Below are positions 51,195 to 59,966 of a DNA stretch of 64,000 nucleotides, in pieces. The notes under the pieces are model-generated. The model did no database searches. It was not told the DNA's origin and saw only the letters and a program-made list of their open reading frames with translations. This DNA is from an uncultured Aliarcobacter sp. (lineage in GTDB: Bacteria > Campylobacterota > Campylobacteria > Campylobacterales > Arcobacteraceae): assembly GCA_963677435.1 (NCBI GenBank), contig OY781945.1, positions 2,272,001-2,336,000 on the forward strand. Direction: 5' to 3'. The position numbers and the translations under genes are program-made. How positions within the stretch are numbered: position 1 is the stretch's first letter; every line of letters begins with the position of its first letter.

Positions 51195-52430
51195 ATGGAA
51201 GACAAGGCATATTCAAAAGAGACTATAGAATTTGCAAAAGAGCAAGAATTGATTTTAAATAAATTGTTATATAGAGAAACTCCTACAGAAGAAACAAGAA
51301 ATATTGGGAGAGATGATTCTATGAAAGATTATGCAAGAATTCTATATTCTTCTTCATTTAGGAGATTACAAGGAAAAATGCAATTATTAGGAATAAATTC
51401 AACAAATTTTACAAGAAATAGATTAACTCATAGTTTAGAAGTAGCTCAAATAGCTAGGTCTATTGCTCATAATTTAGAGCTTGACAAAATCATCTTTGCT
51501 GAAAGTTGTTCACTTGCTCATGATTTAGGGAATCCTCCTTTTGGTCATTATGGAGAAGTAATTTTAAATAATCTTGCGAAAGATTATGGAGGATATGAAG
51601 GGAATGCTCAAACCTTCCGAATACTTAGAAAATTAGAAAAAAAACATCATGAATATGAGGGATTAAATCTAACTTTGAGAACACTATTTGGAATCACAAA
51701 ATATTTCTATAAAAAAGAAGAAACAAATAAAAAGTTTTTATATGATGAAGATTATAACTTTTTAAAAAATGAACTTATTAAACATGAAATAAGTATAAAA
51801 AAAAGTATAGATGCTCAGATTATGGATTTAGCTGATGAAATAGCTTATGCTGCCCATGATTTAGAAGATGCATTAAGTATTGGAATTATAAGTTTAGGTG
51901 AGATGATTCATGAGTTTAAAATTAGTGAAGATTATAAGGATGCATATGGAGACTTTTCAGAAATTGTAAAAAAAGTACAAGACATAGCTCTTAAATCAAC
52001 TAAACTTAATACTTCAGAAGAATATTCTGCTGTTTTAAGAAAGGAATTAACATCTACAATAGTTCATGATTTATGTATTGATATTGGAATAATAGAAAAA
52101 AATGGAGTAAAACAATTAGGATTCAAAACAAAAGAAAAACTATCAGAAGGACTAAAAAAACTATTGTTTAATGCCATTTTACGTAAAAAAGATGTTCAAC
52201 ATTATGAAAAAAAAGGTGAAAAAATAATAAGAGGATTATATGAAGTTTATACTGATACTAAATATAATAAAAATAATATTTTATTACCTGCAGAATATAG
52301 AAAAAGAGATGATAAACAAGAAAGACTTGTAATAGATTATATTTCAGGAATGATGGACTCTTTTGCAGAACAAGAATATATCAAATATTTTGGGAAAAGC
52401 GATATTGAGAAATTATATTTTAAAATATAA
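51195..52430 (+). CDS. dgt: dGTP/dNTP triphosphohydrolase (HD domain)
   Basis: SSSFRRLQGK, RLTHSLEV, LAHDLGNPPFGH, EGNAQ, MDLADEIAY..HDLED, DYISGM. Confidence 0.92.
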   Translation: MEDKAYSKETIEFAKEQELILNKLLYRETPTEETRNIGRDDSMKDYARILYSSSFRRLQGKMQLLGINSTNFTRNRLTHSLEVAQIARSIAHNLELDKIIFAESCSLAHDLGNPPFGHYGEVILNNLAKDYGGYEGNAQTFRILRKLEKKHHEYEGLNLTLRTLFGITKYFYKKEETNKKFLYDEDYNFLKNELIKHEISIKKSIDAQIMDLADEIAYAAHDLEDALSIGIISLGEMIHEFKISEDYKDAYGDFSEIVKKVQDIALKSTKLNTSEEYSAVLRKELTSTIVHDLCIDIGIIEKNGVKQLGFKTKEKLSEGLKKLLFNAILRKKDVQHYEKKGEKIIRGLYEVYTDTKYNKNNILLPAEYRKRDDKQERLVIDYISGMMDSFAEQEYIKYFGKSDIEKLYFKI

Positions 52431-52444
52431 TTCTCAATTATTAC

Positions 52445-53425
52445 TTACGAAAATGACTTTATCTGTTTATATTTCAAATAAATAGCATTCACTAACTTTT
52501 CTATTTCTTCATCACTAAAAGTTTGGTTAAAAGCTAGTTGTATTGAGTTTCTGCTTGTTATTTCATCATATCCCATATTTTGAATGATTCTTGAGGGTTT
52601 TGAAAGTCCTAGAGAGCAACCTTCACCATTTGTTAGGAAGATTTTATTTAAAGCTAGGGTTCTTATTAGTTCTCTGGCTTTTATACCTTTTAGTGCGATA
52701 TGAAGAGAATAAGGCAAGGTATCAGCTGGATTTACAAAAAAATATAAATCATCTTTAAACTTTTCTTTTAGTTGTTTTAAAAATTTATCTTTCATTTCAT
52801 AATTAAACTTTTGATTTTCTAGGGCTTCAAAGCAGTATTTTACAGCTAAAGTATCTATAAATCCTATATTTAAAAGTTCAAATAAATTTTCATCTTCAAA
52901 AAGTAAAACTCCTGATAAATTATAACCTGTGAGTTTATAATTATCAAAATAAATAATATCACTTAGATTTGAAAAATTTGCACTTGCATTTGAGATTATT
53001 TTTGCATTTGTTAGTTTTTTGGCTTCTTGTAAAGGCGTTATTACAAAGGTATCCATAACATAAGAAGATAAAAAAAGAAAATCTATATTTTCATTTTCTA
53101 TTTTCTTTAGATTTACTTTTCCATCTTTATTTAAACTTATCCATAATACTTCAAAACCTAAGTTTTCATATAATTTTGCAGCATTTATTAAAGCTTCACA
53201 TTCACCAACACTTATGGCAATATTTCCTTTTAACTCTAAAAAAAGTCCTAAAAATCCCTCTTTTGAAAAAGAAAAAGTTTTTAATTTGGAATAGGCAAAC
53301 TTCTGTTTATAGTTTTTGCATAAATTTTCAAAATCAGTGTTTGTAACTAAACTATCTATTGAATAGTTTTCATTTGATAAATCTAATTTTATCGGATTGT
53401 ATTGTAAAACATTTAGTTTAACCAA
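52445..53425 (-). CDS. divergent cysteine desulfurase-like (class V PLP fold) protein; likely TTG start at 53425
   Basis: C-terminal NGEGCSLGLSKPSRII..MG...SRNSI matches the IscS SGSAC loop region; YKLTG at the PLP-Lys position. Confidence 0.7.
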   Translation of the reverse strand: MVKLNVLQYNPIKLDLSNENYSIDSLVTNTDFENLCKNYKQKFAYSKLKTFSFSKEGFLGLFLELKGNIAISVGECEALINAAKLYENLGFEVLWISLNKDGKVNLKKIENENIDFLFLSSYVMDTFVITPLQEAKKLTNAKIISNASANFSNLSDIIYFDNYKLTGYNLSGVLLFEDENLFELLNIGFIDTLAVKYCFEALENQKFNYEMKDKFLKQLKEKFKDDLYFFVNPADTLPYSLHIALKGIKARELIRTLALNKIFLTNGEGCSLGLSKPSRIIQNMGYDEITSRNSIQLAFNQTFSDEEIEKLVNAIYLKYKQIKSFS

Positions 53426-53840
53426 GCTCTTTTTTCCCATTTCTGCTTCTAAAACAACCAAGCTGACAATGGCTTACTTTTATATCACTATTTTTTACAG
53501 TTGAACCAACTGTTTTAAGATTTGAGCGTTTTGCTTCATCCCATAAAACCCTACATTCTAAAGTTTCATGTCCCATATAATTTTGTTTTAGTCTATTATA
53601 AACTTGAATATGTGGGTCTTCAAATTTTAGTTTTCCAAAAACACCAAGTTCACAATTTGTAATTTCAAGTCCCATACTTTGAGTAATGGCATTCATTTCA
53701 ATCGGTTTTCTTCCTATTAATCTTGCAACTTTAAAAGCTTTTAAACAAGATAATTTCCCATCTTCATCTAAGTTTGTCAATAAAAATTCTTTTTGGATAT
53801 TATCCAACTCTACACCGACGCTATCTTCATTTTTAGACAT
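53418..53840 (-). CDS. conserved hypothetical protein with two Cys-containing repeats
   Basis: LSC...ITNCELGVF and LEC...VSHCQLGCF; overlaps both neighbours. Confidence 0.75.
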   Translation of the reverse strand: MSKNEDSVGVELDNIQKEFLLTNLDEDGKLSCLKAFKVARLIGRKPIEMNAITQSMGLEITNCELGVFGKLKFEDPHIQVYNRLKQNYMGHETLECRVLWDEAKRSNLKTVGSTVKNSDIKVSHCQLGCFRSRNGKKELG

Positions 53841-54663
53841 TTATTCTTCCTGAGTGAGTATATACATTCATTTTATTACCCCTTGCAAATCCTACAAGTG
53901 TAATTCCATGTTCGTTTGCTGATTTTACACCTTGAAAAGTAACGGCTGCTTTTGAAACAACGATTGGGATTTTATGCATTACACATTTCACAACCATTTC
54001 CATAGATAATCTTCCACTTGCATATAAAACTGATTTTTTAACATCTTTTTTATTCATGCTTGCAAGTCCAATAACCTTGTCAATTGCATTATGTCGCCCT
54101 ATATCTTCAGCGACGAAAATTGTACCATCTTCTAAAATAAGTTCAGCTTTATGAACACATCCTGTATTATCAAAAAGGTCAGAGGGTCTATTAAATTCTC
54201 TCATATTTGCTAAAATATCTTTTGCATGAACATTGTAATTTGTGCTTACAAATGCGCAATCAAATACTTTTTCAGCATTTCCTGTAACTCCCACACAACA
54301 ACCAGAAGTTAATGTTTTTTCTTTAAAAAGATTTTCATAACCCTCAGGGCTAACATTTGCAATAACCTCAACTTTTAATCCATCATTACTTATAGTTATA
54401 GTTTTTATGTCTGAAAAATCTTTTATTACTGCTTCACTTAATAAAAATCCAACAATATGTGCATCTTGATATTGAGCTATACTCATAACCGATAAAAATT
54501 TCTTTCCATTTAAATGAAACTCAACTTTATCCTCTTTTATAACATAATCTTCAACACTTTCAATCCCATTCTCATCAACTTTTTCAATGATTATCTCTTT
54601 CATGTAATCATTTAAGTTATTGTAAGAAAGGGAGAAGTTTTCACTTCTCATAGGCTTTGTCAT
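53833..54663 (-). CDS. fdhD: formate dehydrogenase accessory sulfurtransferase
   Basis: VGFLLSE, TSGCCVG, TGCVHKA, EDIGRHNAIDK, SGRLSMEMVVK, GFARG. Confidence 0.95.
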   Translation of the reverse strand: MTKPMRSENFSLSYNNLNDYMKEIIIEKVDENGIESVEDYVIKEDKVEFHLNGKKFLSVMSIAQYQDAHIVGFLLSEAVIKDFSDIKTITISNDGLKVEVIANVSPEGYENLFKEKTLTSGCCVGVTGNAEKVFDCAFVSTNYNVHAKDILANMREFNRPSDLFDNTGCVHKAELILEDGTIFVAEDIGRHNAIDKVIGLASMNKKDVKKSVLYASGRLSMEMVVKCVMHKIPIVVSKAAVTFQGVKSANEHGITLVGFARGNKMNVYTHSGRINV

Positions 54664-55613
54664 GCCATTTTTCCTTTTTCAATATCAGCTAATATATCAG
54701 GAGCTAATTGTTCTAAATGTTCCCTTGGATATTTACCTGTAATTAAACCTTTTAAGTTACCTTTTACAGCAACCAAAACAGAATATACAAAATCCATTAA
54801 GAAAAACATAATCAATACACTAGATCCAAAATGTACATAAAGTAAAGCTCTTTTAAATTGAATAAAATGAGCATTTGTATATGCATCTGGATGAAGATAC
54901 CAAATTATAAATCCACTTGTTAATAAACCAGCACCCATTAATACAAAGGCGATAAAAATTACTCTTTTCATTGGTTTATATTTTCCAGGTAGGATTATTT
55001 TTCCTAACAAACTATTTTTTGAAAATAATTTTACATCTTTAAATGCAATAATAGTCATCAATAACCAAATAGGAAACCAAATAAGACCCGTTACTTCATG
55101 TGTACCTCTTAAAATAAAAGGTATATATCCACCCTCTGATCTTAAACTCCATGTAATATTAAATCCAGTAATTATCAAAGTAATTATAATAATTACATTT
55201 AACCAAATAACTGCTCTATGAAACGCAGAAAATACTTGAACTTGGTCATTTGGATTTGTGATAATTGCGCTTTTTCTTCCATTAATTGTATACATAACAC
55301 AAAAAATTACAATTTCACCAACAAAAACCCACCAAATATATAGTTGTCTTTCGTTACTTGCTCTTATTATTTCAGGAGCAATAGCCTCATAATTTGGGCC
55401 AAATGCTGCATCTACCATAGCTTTATAAGTAGAATCTGGAGGAGTTACAACTCCATCCACATTCCCACTTGTAATTACATGAATAGTATATTTAAATAAA
55501 TATTCCCAATCCATAATCATCATAAATTTAATAAATACAAACCCAACTAATGATAGCCCAACAAGAGTAAAAATATACGCTTTATTTCTTTGAAAGAATG
55601 AGCTATTTTCCAT
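54660..55613 (-). CDS. fdhC: formate dehydrogenase membrane (cytochrome b, gamma) subunit, atypical; start corrected to 55613
   Basis: Position after fdhB; N-terminal TM extension plus FdnI-like core (GKY, TSG..IW, KG.LKGLITGK); RBS AGGA before ATG 55613. Confidence 0.85.
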   Translation of the reverse strand: MENSSFFQRNKAYIFTLVGLSLVGFVFIKFMMIMDWEYLFKYTIHVITSGNVDGVVTPPDSTYKAMVDAAFGPNYEAIAPEIIRASNERQLYIWWVFVGEIVIFCVMYTINGRKSAIITNPNDQVQVFSAFHRAVIWLNVIIIITLIITGFNITWSLRSEGGYIPFILRGTHEVTGLIWFPIWLLMTIIAFKDVKLFSKNSLLGKIILPGKYKPMKRVIFIAFVLMGAGLLTSGFIIWYLHPDAYTNAHFIQFKRALLYVHFGSSVLIMFFLMDFVYSVLVAVKGNLKGLITGKYPREHLEQLAPDILADIEKGKMA

Positions 55614-55621
55614 GTTATTTC

Positions 55622-56215
55622 CTACCATCCGTAAGATTCAGTAGCGATACCTTTACCTTGTGATACAGCTCTATATGTTTTAATTAAAGCAACCTCATCG
55701 GCATCACCAACAAGTAAAGCTTTTGTAGAACACATTGCAGCACACATAGGTACTTTACCCTCTGAAATTCTATTTTGTCCATATTTTTCAAACTCTTCAT
55801 GAGAGTTAGTCTCTTCAGGACCTCCTGCACACATTGTACATTTATCCATTTTCCCTTTTGTTCCAAATGCACCATTTTTTGGGAATTGGGGAGCACCAAA
55901 AGGACAAGCATATAAACAATAACCACAACCAATACATTTATCTTTATCATGTAAAACAATACCATCTGTTCTAATATAAAAACAATCTGTTGGACAAACT
56001 TGTTGGCAAGGTGCGTCAGCACAATGCATACAAGCCATAGAAAGAGAAATTTCTTTCCCTACTATTCCCTCATTTACTGTAATTACTTTTCTTCTATTAA
56101 CTCCAACTGGAATTTCGTGGGCCTCTTTACAAGCTACAACACAACCATTACAATCAATACAAAGGTTTTCATCACAATAAAATTTCATTCTTGAAAAATC
56201 TACATTACTACTCAT
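55622..56215 (-). CDS. fdhB: formate dehydrogenase iron-sulfur (beta) subunit
   Basis: Four Cys groups: CIDCNGCVVAC, CMHCADAPCQQVC, CIGCGYCLYAC, CTMC...CAAMC. Confidence 0.95.
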   Translation of the reverse strand: MSSNVDFSRMKFYCDENLCIDCNGCVVACKEAHEIPVGVNRRKVITVNEGIVGKEISLSMACMHCADAPCQQVCPTDCFYIRTDGIVLHDKDKCIGCGYCLYACPFGAPQFPKNGAFGTKGKMDKCTMCAGGPEETNSHEEFEKYGQNRISEGKVPMCAAMCSTKALLVGDADEVALIKTYRAVSQGKGIATESYGW

Positions 56216-56224
56216 TTTGCTCTC

Positions 56225-59032
56225 CTATGCTCTTTCAATTCTTACAAGAGAACATTTAGTCTCAGGGCAAGAAGTTTGTTGGTCAAAACCGTAACTTGTA
56301 ACTTGGTTAGAACTTTCACCATGACCATAAGGAGCTGTACCTTTAGGGTATCTATCTAAAAGACTTTCACCTTGCCAAACTCCTGAGAAGTTTTGAGGTA
56401 AGAATACTGATGTTTCATCAACTCTGTAAGAGAATTTACATTTAATTTTGATTTTCCCCTCACCAGTTCCATAAACCCACATCATTTCACCATCATTAAT
56501 TCCAAGTTTCCCTGCAAGATTTGGATGTAGCTCTCCATACATTTCACCTGATAATTCAGATAAATATTTTGATGCTCTTGTTTCTGTTCCAGAACCCATA
56601 TGTTCAACAATTCTTCCTGAAACAATATTGATTGGATAATCTTTTACCCAAACTTGTGCATTTTGTTCAGTTTCATATCTTACATTTGTTCTAAAGTGGT
56701 TAACTTTATCTTTAATTGCTGGATATTTAGCTATTAAATCTGGTCTAAATGAGTGTAGAGGTTCTCTATGTTTTGGAATATTATCAACAAATTCCCATAC
56801 AATAGTTCTAGCTCTTGCATTTCCATAAGGAGCAAGTCCAGCTTCTAGTGCATATTTAACTAAAAGTCCACTATCATCAGTTTTCCAGTTTTTACCCTCA
56901 ACAGCTTTTTTCTCTTCATCAGTTAAAGTTATACCAGCTAATTCTTCTATATTTTGAGAAGTAATTTCTGCATATCCACCCTTGATTCTTGAACCAACTG
57001 GTGCACTTCCCTCTGCTGCTAATAGACTAACTCCTTCTCTTTCAAGACCAAATCTATTTCTAAATCCCATACCACCTTGAGAAACTGGTAAATTAATATT
57101 ATATAAAACTGGGCTTCCTGGATGTGATTGCGTCCAACAAGGCCATGGTAATCCATAATACTCTTTTTCAACTATTCCTCTTCCTTTTAAAGAAGTTGAA
57201 TTAAATAGATGCCAATTTTCAGTATGTCTTTTAATTCTCTCAGCCGTTCGGCCTTGCATACCAATAGTTTTTAAACTTCTTGCAATTTCATCTGTAGCAT
57301 CTTCTGGCCAAACAAATTTATCACCTTTACCCATACCAGCGATAAATTGGTCATAGAAGCCTAATCTTTTTGCAAAATCAAATAAAATTTCATGGTCAGT
57401 TCTTGCTTCATATAATGGTTCAACAACTTTACTTCTCCATTGTGCAGTTCGTGCAGTATTTACAACTGTTCCTGAAGTTTCAACTTGTGAAGCAGCAGGT
57501 AATAAGAATAAATTATCTTCTCTTGTTGTAATAACAGCAGCATCATTTACATAAGGATCAATAAATACAACCATTTCTAATTTATCTAATGCCTCTTTTA
57601 CTTTGTGCGTTTGAGTAATAGTTGAAATACCATTACCAATACATACTAAAGCTTTAATTGGAGTATCGGCATTATTTTTTTCATTTTCTTTATCTAGAAC
57701 ACCATGAATCCAAAGACTTAAACTAAAGCCTTTTGCTTGCATCATTTCAGGAGTTTTAAATCTTCCTTTTAGCCATTCATAATCAACATTCCATTGTTTT
57801 GCGAAATATTTCCAAGATCCCTCAGCTAGTCCATAATATCCAGGAAGTGTATCTGATAAGCATCCTAAGTCTGTTGAACCTTGAACATTATCATGACCTC
57901 TTAAAATATTACATCCCCCACCAGGTTTTCCTAAGTTTCCAAGTGCTAGTTGCATAATAGAACCAAGTCTTGTATTAGAAGAACCTATTGAATGTTGTGT
58001 CCAACCTTGATTCCAAATTAAACATCCAGGTTCTGCTTGTGCAAAAATAGTAGCAGCTTGAATTAAAACTTCTTTTGGACATCCAGTTATATCTTCAACA
58101 TGTTCAGGTGTATACTCTTCACACTCTTTAAAAATATCATCCATTCCATAAACTCTATCTTCAATAAATGATTTATCGTACCAATTATTTTCACGAGCTA
58201 GTCTAATAATTCCATATAAAAATGCAATATCAGTACCCGTTCTAATTCGACAATAAAGATCACTTTTTGCAGCAGTTTTTGTATATCTTGGATCTACAAC
58301 AATAATTTTTGCTCCATTTTGCTCTTTAGCTTTCAATATATGCTGCATTGCAATAGGATGGTTAGAAGCAGGATTTGCTCCCATAATAATAATAGCTTTC
58401 GAGTTTTGCATGTCACCTAGATGATTTGTCATAGCTCCATAACCCCATGTATTTGCCACACCGGCAACTGTTGGACTATGTCAAATTCTAGCTTGGTGAT
58501 CTATGTTATTTGTTCCAAACATAGCTGCAAACTTTCTAATATATAAAGCTTGCTCATTACTTACTTTTGCTGATCCTATAAATTGAACTGAATCTGGACC
58601 ATATTTTTCTCTTAAATCATTTAATTTTGAAGAGATTTTCCCCATAGCATCGTCCCACGAAACTCTGTTCCATTTTCCCGCTACTTTTTCTATTGGATAT
58701 TGTAATCTATTAGTTGCTCTGATTTTATCAATCATATCAGCACCTTTACAACAATGTCCCCCGTGACTAATTGGGTGATCTTGAGCAACTTCTTGTCTTA
58801 CCCATACACCATTTTGAACTTCAGCTATAACACCACAACCAACAGAACAATGCGTACAAATAGTTTTTATAAGTTTTGATCCAGGAAAAGGATTTTTAAT
58901 CTCTTCTTCTTTCGCATCCCTTAATACACCATTATTACTTGTACTTGCAAAGGCTGATGTTGCGCCTAAAGCTGTTGCAAGTGAAGCCATTTTAACAAAG
59001 CTTCTTCTTCCAATGCTTTTCAACATTTCCAT
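56225..59032 (-). CDS. fdhA: selenocysteine-containing formate dehydrogenase alpha subunit (935 aa, Sec184); joins ORFs 58481..59032 and 56225..58459
   Basis: Tat motif GRRSFVK, CTHCSVGC...C cluster, in-frame DHQARI-TGA-HSPTV at the Mo/W ligand position, LRGHDNVQG; both ORFs share one frame. Confidence 0.95.
58437..58480 (-). promoter_or_regulatory. bacterial SECIS element immediately 3' of the UGA
   Basis: Apical stem UUGCC-GGUGU-GGCAA (58467-58453) starting 14 nt after the UGA; lower stem CAUAGUCC/GGGUUAUG. Confidence 0.85.
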
Positions 59033-59050
59033 CGTATCCTCCTTTAATTT

Positions 59051-59275
59051 TTATTTCGCAGCACCATAAAACTCATTCCAATGTTGAGTTTTTTTGTACA
59101 AAATTTCTTTTTTATGCGCGATACCTACTACAACACCGCTACCAGCATCACTTCTTGCGCCTCTTGGTTGATTTTCCATTGTAGCAGCAGTAGCAACAAC
59201 AGAACCTGCAACAACAGTAGCAGCAATTCCGGCTCTTTTGATAAAGTTACGTCTTTCATTTAACTCATCAGCCAT
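59051..59275 (-). CDS. small Tat-signal protein upstream of fdhA
   Basis: ERRNFIK, GVVVG...KKEILYKKT..W. Confidence 0.8.
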   Translation of the reverse strand: MADELNERRNFIKRAGIAATVVAGSVVATAATMENQPRGARSDAGSGVVVGIAHKKEILYKKTQHWNEFYGAAK

Positions 59276-59354
59276 GATAACTCCTTTATTTGATTTGGGT
59301 AAGAAAGCCCCTTTAAAAACTCATAGAGTTCTTAAAAGGACTCTCTTTTTATTC

Positions 59355-59966
59355 CTAAACTTTTAGTTTAGGAATATCTAAATATGCTCTTTCAAAATTA
59401 CAAATATTTGCTAAAATAACTCCAACTTGTGAATAAATTGCACTTGGAGCGGCTATTAATTTATAAAATAACTCTTCACAATAAGGATTAATTACAGTTT
59501 GAAATAACTCTTTTTGTAAATCCTCTTTAATCTCATTTTTGATTTGTTGGTCAATTAAATATGCACTTAAAGTAAAAATAAATCCATAATGATCCTCAGG
59601 TGCAGTAAAAGTTTTTTCATCTTTTCTTATTTTTGTTTTTGCTAAAACATCTTTTACTTTTAACTGCATAAATCCGCCTTCTCTTTGTTCGTGATACCAA
59701 GAAGCACTCAAAGAGATAAAAGTTCCAAAAGGAACAATAAAAAGTTCTTGATAATCAATATATAATTTATCAAAACCTTTATCTTCTAAATAATTTAAAA
59801 TATTTTTAGCAGCTACCGATACATCTTCATCAAAAGAGTTATTAGCTAAAATTTCCAAATCATTAATAATTTGTTTTTCATTGTTTTTTACATACTCTTC
59901 TACAAACAGTAAAGATAAAATATTGTATAAAAACAGTCTTGCTTTATCTATTTCAATATTATGCAT
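59355..59966 (-). CDS. TorD/DmsD-family molybdoenzyme chaperone
   Basis: YQELF..P, SASWY, PEDH motifs; fdh context. Confidence 0.85.
   Translation of the reverse strand: MHNIEIDKARLFLYNILSLLFVEEYVKNNEKQIINDLEILANNSFDEDVSVAAKNILNYLEDKGFDKLYIDYQELFIVPFGTFISLSASWYHEQREGGFMQLKVKDVLAKTKIRKDEKTFTAPEDHYGFIFTLSAYLIDQQIKNEIKEDLQKELFQTVINPYCEELFYKLIAAPSAIYSQVGVILANICNFERAYLDIPKLKV

Noticed and set aside
56225..59032. fdhA as a nonsense-disrupted pseudogene or two genes
   Set aside because: The TGA is in frame at the catalytic Sec position and is followed by a SECIS hairpin
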